From Octopus vulgaris (lineage: Eukaryota), in NCBI GenBank assembly GCA_951406725.2, contig OX597818.1:84878001-84942000 (forward strand): a DNA stretch of 64,000 nt, in the 5' to 3' direction. Under the pieces are notes generated by a model. It saw nothing but the letters and a program-made list of their open reading frames with translations, ran no database searches and was not told the origin of the DNA. Made by a program: the position numbers and the translations under genes. Shown here in pieces: positions 54,803 through 64,000 of this stretch (position 1 is its first letter; each line of letters starts with the position of its first letter).

Positions 54803-55354
54803 CCTGATGCAGTACCAGACAGTGGCTCTCATGGCTTCTGATCTTAACTGATTGGAAGTGTTATCATGTACATTGTTTTGTCTTGGTATAAAAGATGGGC
54901 TACAGCAAATATTCTGCTCAATACCACAGATTTGCTTGTCAGTTGTTTGACCATAACCAGTTGAGCATGTCCCTTAGTGGCTGACGATATGTGCATCTCT
55001 GATCACGAGCAGAAGTAGTGGGGGAGCATCATAGCCATGTGTTGAGAGGGATTCTTTGGGGTTTGAATAGTTCACCTCTAGAAACATGGGTGGTTCTTTC
55101 AACATCATTAAACAACCCTTATTCAGGGACCGTTTGAGCGGGATGGGCTACTCAACCTGAATAAAATTCTAACTGGGCCCCACCTGCAAGGTCATGTGCT
55201 GTTTATCTTGATATGAGATCATCATGTCGCGCACATATGGTTGTGATGCATGTGCCTGGTGTAACTTTATCAGACGGGTAGTCATGATGGGTATATTGGG
55301 CTTCGTATATTTTACCCCAGTGTCACTTTGATGGCATGAACTGCTCTCTCACTC
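54803..55354 (+). mobile_element. Reference copy of the ~550 bp non-coding TAA-associated retroposon-like element
   Basis: Four copies in the window, all bounded by (AAT)n-type tracts; no ORF. Confidence 0.85.
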
Positions 55355-59723
<4,369 letters not shown>

Positions 59724-59734
59724 TTTTCATATAT

Positions 59735-60006
59735 TAGCACAACAGTTTCCGACAGGTGGAGGCGTCGATTACATCAAACCCACTACTCGATCAATAATAG
59801 TAACAATCATCCTTTCTGCTACATGCACAAGGTCTGAAATTTATTTTTGTGGTGAATGAGGAAGACTAGTCGATTTCATTGACCTCCCCGATCCAGGACT
59901 TGATGGTATTTATTTTATCGACCTCGAAAGGATTTGAAATCAGAACGTAAAGCAGAAGAAATCCTACTAAGCATTTTGTTCTGTACGGTAACGATTCTGC
60001 AAGCAC

Positions 60007-60080
<74 letters not shown>

Positions 60081-60430
60081 GCCTTTCTACCTAAGACACA
60101 ACGCTTGAAATTCTGTGGTGTGGAGGGACAAGTTAATTACATCGACTCCGATGTTTCACTGGTACTTAATTTGTCGACTGGATGAAAGACAAAGTCGACA
60201 TTCGCGGCATTTGAACTCACAACGTGAAGACGGACGAAATGCCGCTAAGCATTTTGCCCGGTGTTCTAACGATAATAATAATCCTTTCTACTATAGAAAC
60301 AAGGCTTGGAATTTGAGAATCGGATGAAATGCAAAATCGACCTCGGCAGAATTTGAACTCAGGACGGAGCGACGGGCGAAATACCGCTAAGCATTTCGTA
60401 CAGCGTGCTAACGATTCTGCCAGCTCGGCA
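59735..60430 (-). mobile_element. Cluster of partial SINE family 1 copies
   Basis: Reverse-complement heads and central blocks separated by (AAT)n. Confidence 0.7.
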
Positions 60431-60443
60431 CCTTCATGATGAA

Positions 60444-60636
<193 letters not shown>

Positions 60637-61258
60637 ATGAACATAAGAGTTCAACTCCAACCCCAAAAATTTCTACCTAGAACTGGACAAAAATAAAATA
60701 GAGATCAATGCATCACCAACAGCAGAAGTGAAAGAATTTTGGAAAGAAATACGGTCAGCAAAGGAACAACCTCAGAAAAGATGTATCAAAATAACAAACA
60801 CAGCATCTGAACAACTCTGGACTCCTATAACAACTGAAGAGGTCACCCAGGTACTGCAAAAACTAATCAACTGGGTGGCACCCGGACACGACAAGATCCC
60901 CCAGCTTCTGGTTAAAATATCTAACATGAACACGTAAAATACTAGCTGAGAAATTTAATGAAATTCTAGCAGAGTCAAGGACAATGCCTGAATGGCTTTA
61001 GGAAGGGAAAACTATTCTAATTCCAAAATACACTGAAACAGCAAACTCGCAAAATTACCAACCGATAGCTTGTCTCCCTACATTTTACAAAGTCTTTACG
61101 GCAATAATATTGCAAACAATGGGCAAGCATCTGGAAGAAAATAACCTGTTTCCAGAAGAGCAGAAGGGATGCTACAAGGGCTCATACGGATGTCCAGATC
61201 AACTATTGATCAATAAAGCCATTACTGAAGACAGCCATAGGAAAAAGAAGGGTCTAAC
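60637..61258 (+). mobile_element. Internal fragment of a family A-related R4/Dong LINE
   Basis: Colinear with ~48830-49452 (AGTTCAACTCCAA...AAAGCCAT-ACTGAAGACAGCCA). Confidence 0.85.
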
Positions 61259-61689
61259 ATAACACCCCAGAAATTATTTCCAGTACTGATAGAAAATCTT
61301 AACAAGTGATGTAATAGCACGGTGAACACAACAGAACACAGTATTGTCTTATGAAGACGTTGAAGTAAATTGGTTGCATAACGAAATACGGTGTCCCCTC
61401 AAGCCATCAAGAAAAACTATTCTCCGATGACGCTATTGTAAACAATTACCAACTGAATATGTATTTAGTCCCAACAAAAAGTACGCTGCTTGCCTTGCTC
61501 ACTATGCAAGGAACATGTTTATGAAATAACTGTGTTGGTTAAAGCAAGCAGGTCTAAAATACATAATCATAAACATCACTGACAGAAATCACGTGAAAAA
61601 TTGCTGTTAATTTAAATGTGGAATATCGGTGTCAGAATTGCTGCCAAAAATAATAAAAGGTCCATGATGAAAAAATAAAAGGGAAAATC

Positions 61690-61950
61690 TGTTTTATCCT
61701 CCACGTTACACCTCGCAACTGAAATAAATTTTCTAACAAGAAAATTTAGAAGATTCAGCAAATTTGCAGACGTGGAGATTGGCATTAGAGAAATGTGTAA
61801 CAGTGAAATGGGAATCGTGCTAATTGGTATCGACGCTCAATGAAAACCCCCGAAGGGATTCAACGAACATCTCGAACAGCAGCCAGCTAAACTATGTGCC
61901 AAAAAGCTGTAGAATATCGAACTGCAAACATTTTGAGTGTTCTTCTCGTT
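61690..61950 (+). mobile_element. Highly decayed R4/Dong endonuclease-end remnant
   Basis: FSKFADVEIGIREMCNSEMGIVLIGIDA resembles LSKYKDLEIEVTRMWNLKTETIPIIVGA. Confidence 0.45.
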
Positions 61951-62517
61951 AAATAAAGTATCAGGCTTCTTGTCCATATCGTATATTTTTTTTTTTTTTT
62001 TTAGGATAAGACTTGTTTCATTATATATCGTGAAATGTGCGCAGCTGCAACAGTGATAATAACGATCAATATATGTACTTGAAATATCTTTAAATTGAAA
62101 TAACCACGTGTATAACATTTATAATGTATACGCAAAAGTAAACCAGCGCTAGCTGTAATATTTTGTTGCGTAGAGACTTCTCAAGAACACAGTCTTCCTT
62201 AGGACGTCGTCAGAGTATCGTCAGTCGACAGTATTTCGACTTGATTTGGCCACCTCAATGACGAGCATGCCTAGATATCACGAATTAGGTCCAAATATTC
62301 ATTCCGATATAGAAATCGGCAAACAAAACATTCGCTGATTTGTTCGAATGAACAAATTATATCAATACACGCACTTGAAACAGTATTTGTTCTGCATGTA
62401 AGAGCTCCTATTTTATTATGCCGGCTACAGCCTAATGATACCAGCTGCCAATAACAGTTTTTGTGGGTTGCGCCGAGTTGTGCCGATATAATAATAATAA
62501 TATTGATAATAATAATG

Positions 62518-62584
<67 letters not shown>

Positions 62585-62699
62585 TATTATTAATAATAAC
62601 AACAACAACAACAATAATAATAATAATAACAACAACAACAACAGCAACAACAACAGCAATAATAATAATAATAATAATAATAACAACAACAACAACAAC

Positions 62700-62761
<62 letters not shown>

Positions 62762-62774
62762 TGATGATGATGAT

Positions 62775-62985
62775 CCACGGATGGAATTTATAAATATTTT
62801 AATGCATCATTACGCGCCATATCGCCCGAAGAAATGATTGCATGAATATGATCCACCCGATGTCCATGGATACTACGGACTGTCCTGTAACCATTCCAGG
62901 AGTACTAACTATGATCTCAAGAAACATGCGATTTGTGGAAACTCGCGTAGCGAAGCATTAAAATATTTATAAATTCCCTCCATGG
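62775..62985. repeat. 42 bp imperfect inverted repeat pair (MITE-like)
   Basis: CCACGGATGGAATTTATAAATATTTTAATGCATCATTACGCG (62775-62816) versus the reverse complement of 62944-62985. Confidence 0.8.
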
Positions 62986-62999
62986 AATATTATTAGTAT

Positions 63000-63053
<54 letters not shown>

Positions 63054-63220
63054 CATGCTTCAAATTACTCCTATAAATACAAACTCGCAACGATCTCAAT
63101 GCTTTCCTACGATTTCCACGAACTCAACGATTCCTCTCGTCTCAGCCAATATGCTACTCTTTATAAGAGTTCGACTAGTCCATTCTTCCAATTCCACAGG
63201 GTGTCAATGACTCTCGCCAT

Positions 63221-63261
<41 letters not shown>

Positions 63262-64000
63262 ATATACAAATCTAAAACACCACTATTTTTAATATCGTAT
63301 ACGATTAATATTCGTTTTGTATAGTCATAATAGCCAAATTTGTTTTTGTACATTCTCAACTTCATTTGCTTCCATTTCTAATATCTGTATTATTTGCCCA
63401 TAAAACGAAAAATAGCATTTTTGTGGTAGCTGTCACTGATCAAGTATTGATTGTTGATAGACAATAATTAGATTAGGTCACACGTATCATTTCTTTCGCT
63501 TCCACTCAACTCCAGTAACATATCTAGAAGTCTACATTGTATTATCCATTCATGTTAAGTCATTGGGTGCAAAATATACTAAAGGCAGAAAATTCTAAGA
63601 GAGCTTGATTTGAAATCACGACGTAAATGTGATTAACTTAATATTACCAAACATTTTATCTAGCACAATATCTGTTTTGGCATTTCAAGGCACTGTCACA
63701 ACTTCGTCACCTCCCTCGTTTTGTCAGAGTCGTTGAAAAACGATATTTACGCGCTAAACTTTACCGCCAAAATCTATAAAGTAGAATGATGACCGAAATA
63801 AATTTGGCTTCGTATTTCAATGAGTGAAATAGATAACATGTTAAAACATGCGGTTGGGAGTTTATTATTACATCGTTGCCTTGTACATAAACACAGACAC
63901 ATATGCACGCACACACACACATACACACACACATATGCACGCATACACACACACTCTCACACACACACAAGAAAATAAAGAAAGATAAACGGAAAGACAG

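Overview
AT-rich eukaryotic, repeat-saturated non-genic DNA. The SINE/microsatellite landscape looks like an octopus (cephalopod) genome; this is inferred from recalled repeat sequences, not proven. I find no host gene, rRNA, real tRNA or CRISPR, and almost all ORFs in the track are microsatellite artefacts. The real coding remnants are all transposon-derived: (1) at least four families of R4/Dong-clade non-LTR retrotransposons (RT plus restriction-like endonuclease), mostly sitting in (TAA)n tracts, including a near full-length decayed copy at 47361-51520 and a 5'-truncated copy at 57081-59674 behind a 1.7 kb (AAT)n array; (2) a CR1/L2-group LINE, plus RTE and L1/Tx1 remnants; (3) a Penelope-like element (RT thumb plus GIY-YIG) followed by an intact-looking hammerhead ribozyme; (4) a DD37D-like Tc1/mariner relic, a mariner-type MITE and Helitron-like elements. 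Four tRNA-headed SINE families are present. Most notable: a ~550 bp non-coding element without a tRNA head that occurs only in (TAA)n, like the Dong LINEs; two SINE-LINE pairs sharing 3' tails, one with a covarying stem-loop; and several hammerhead motifs in short inverted-repeat or tandem non-coding elements.
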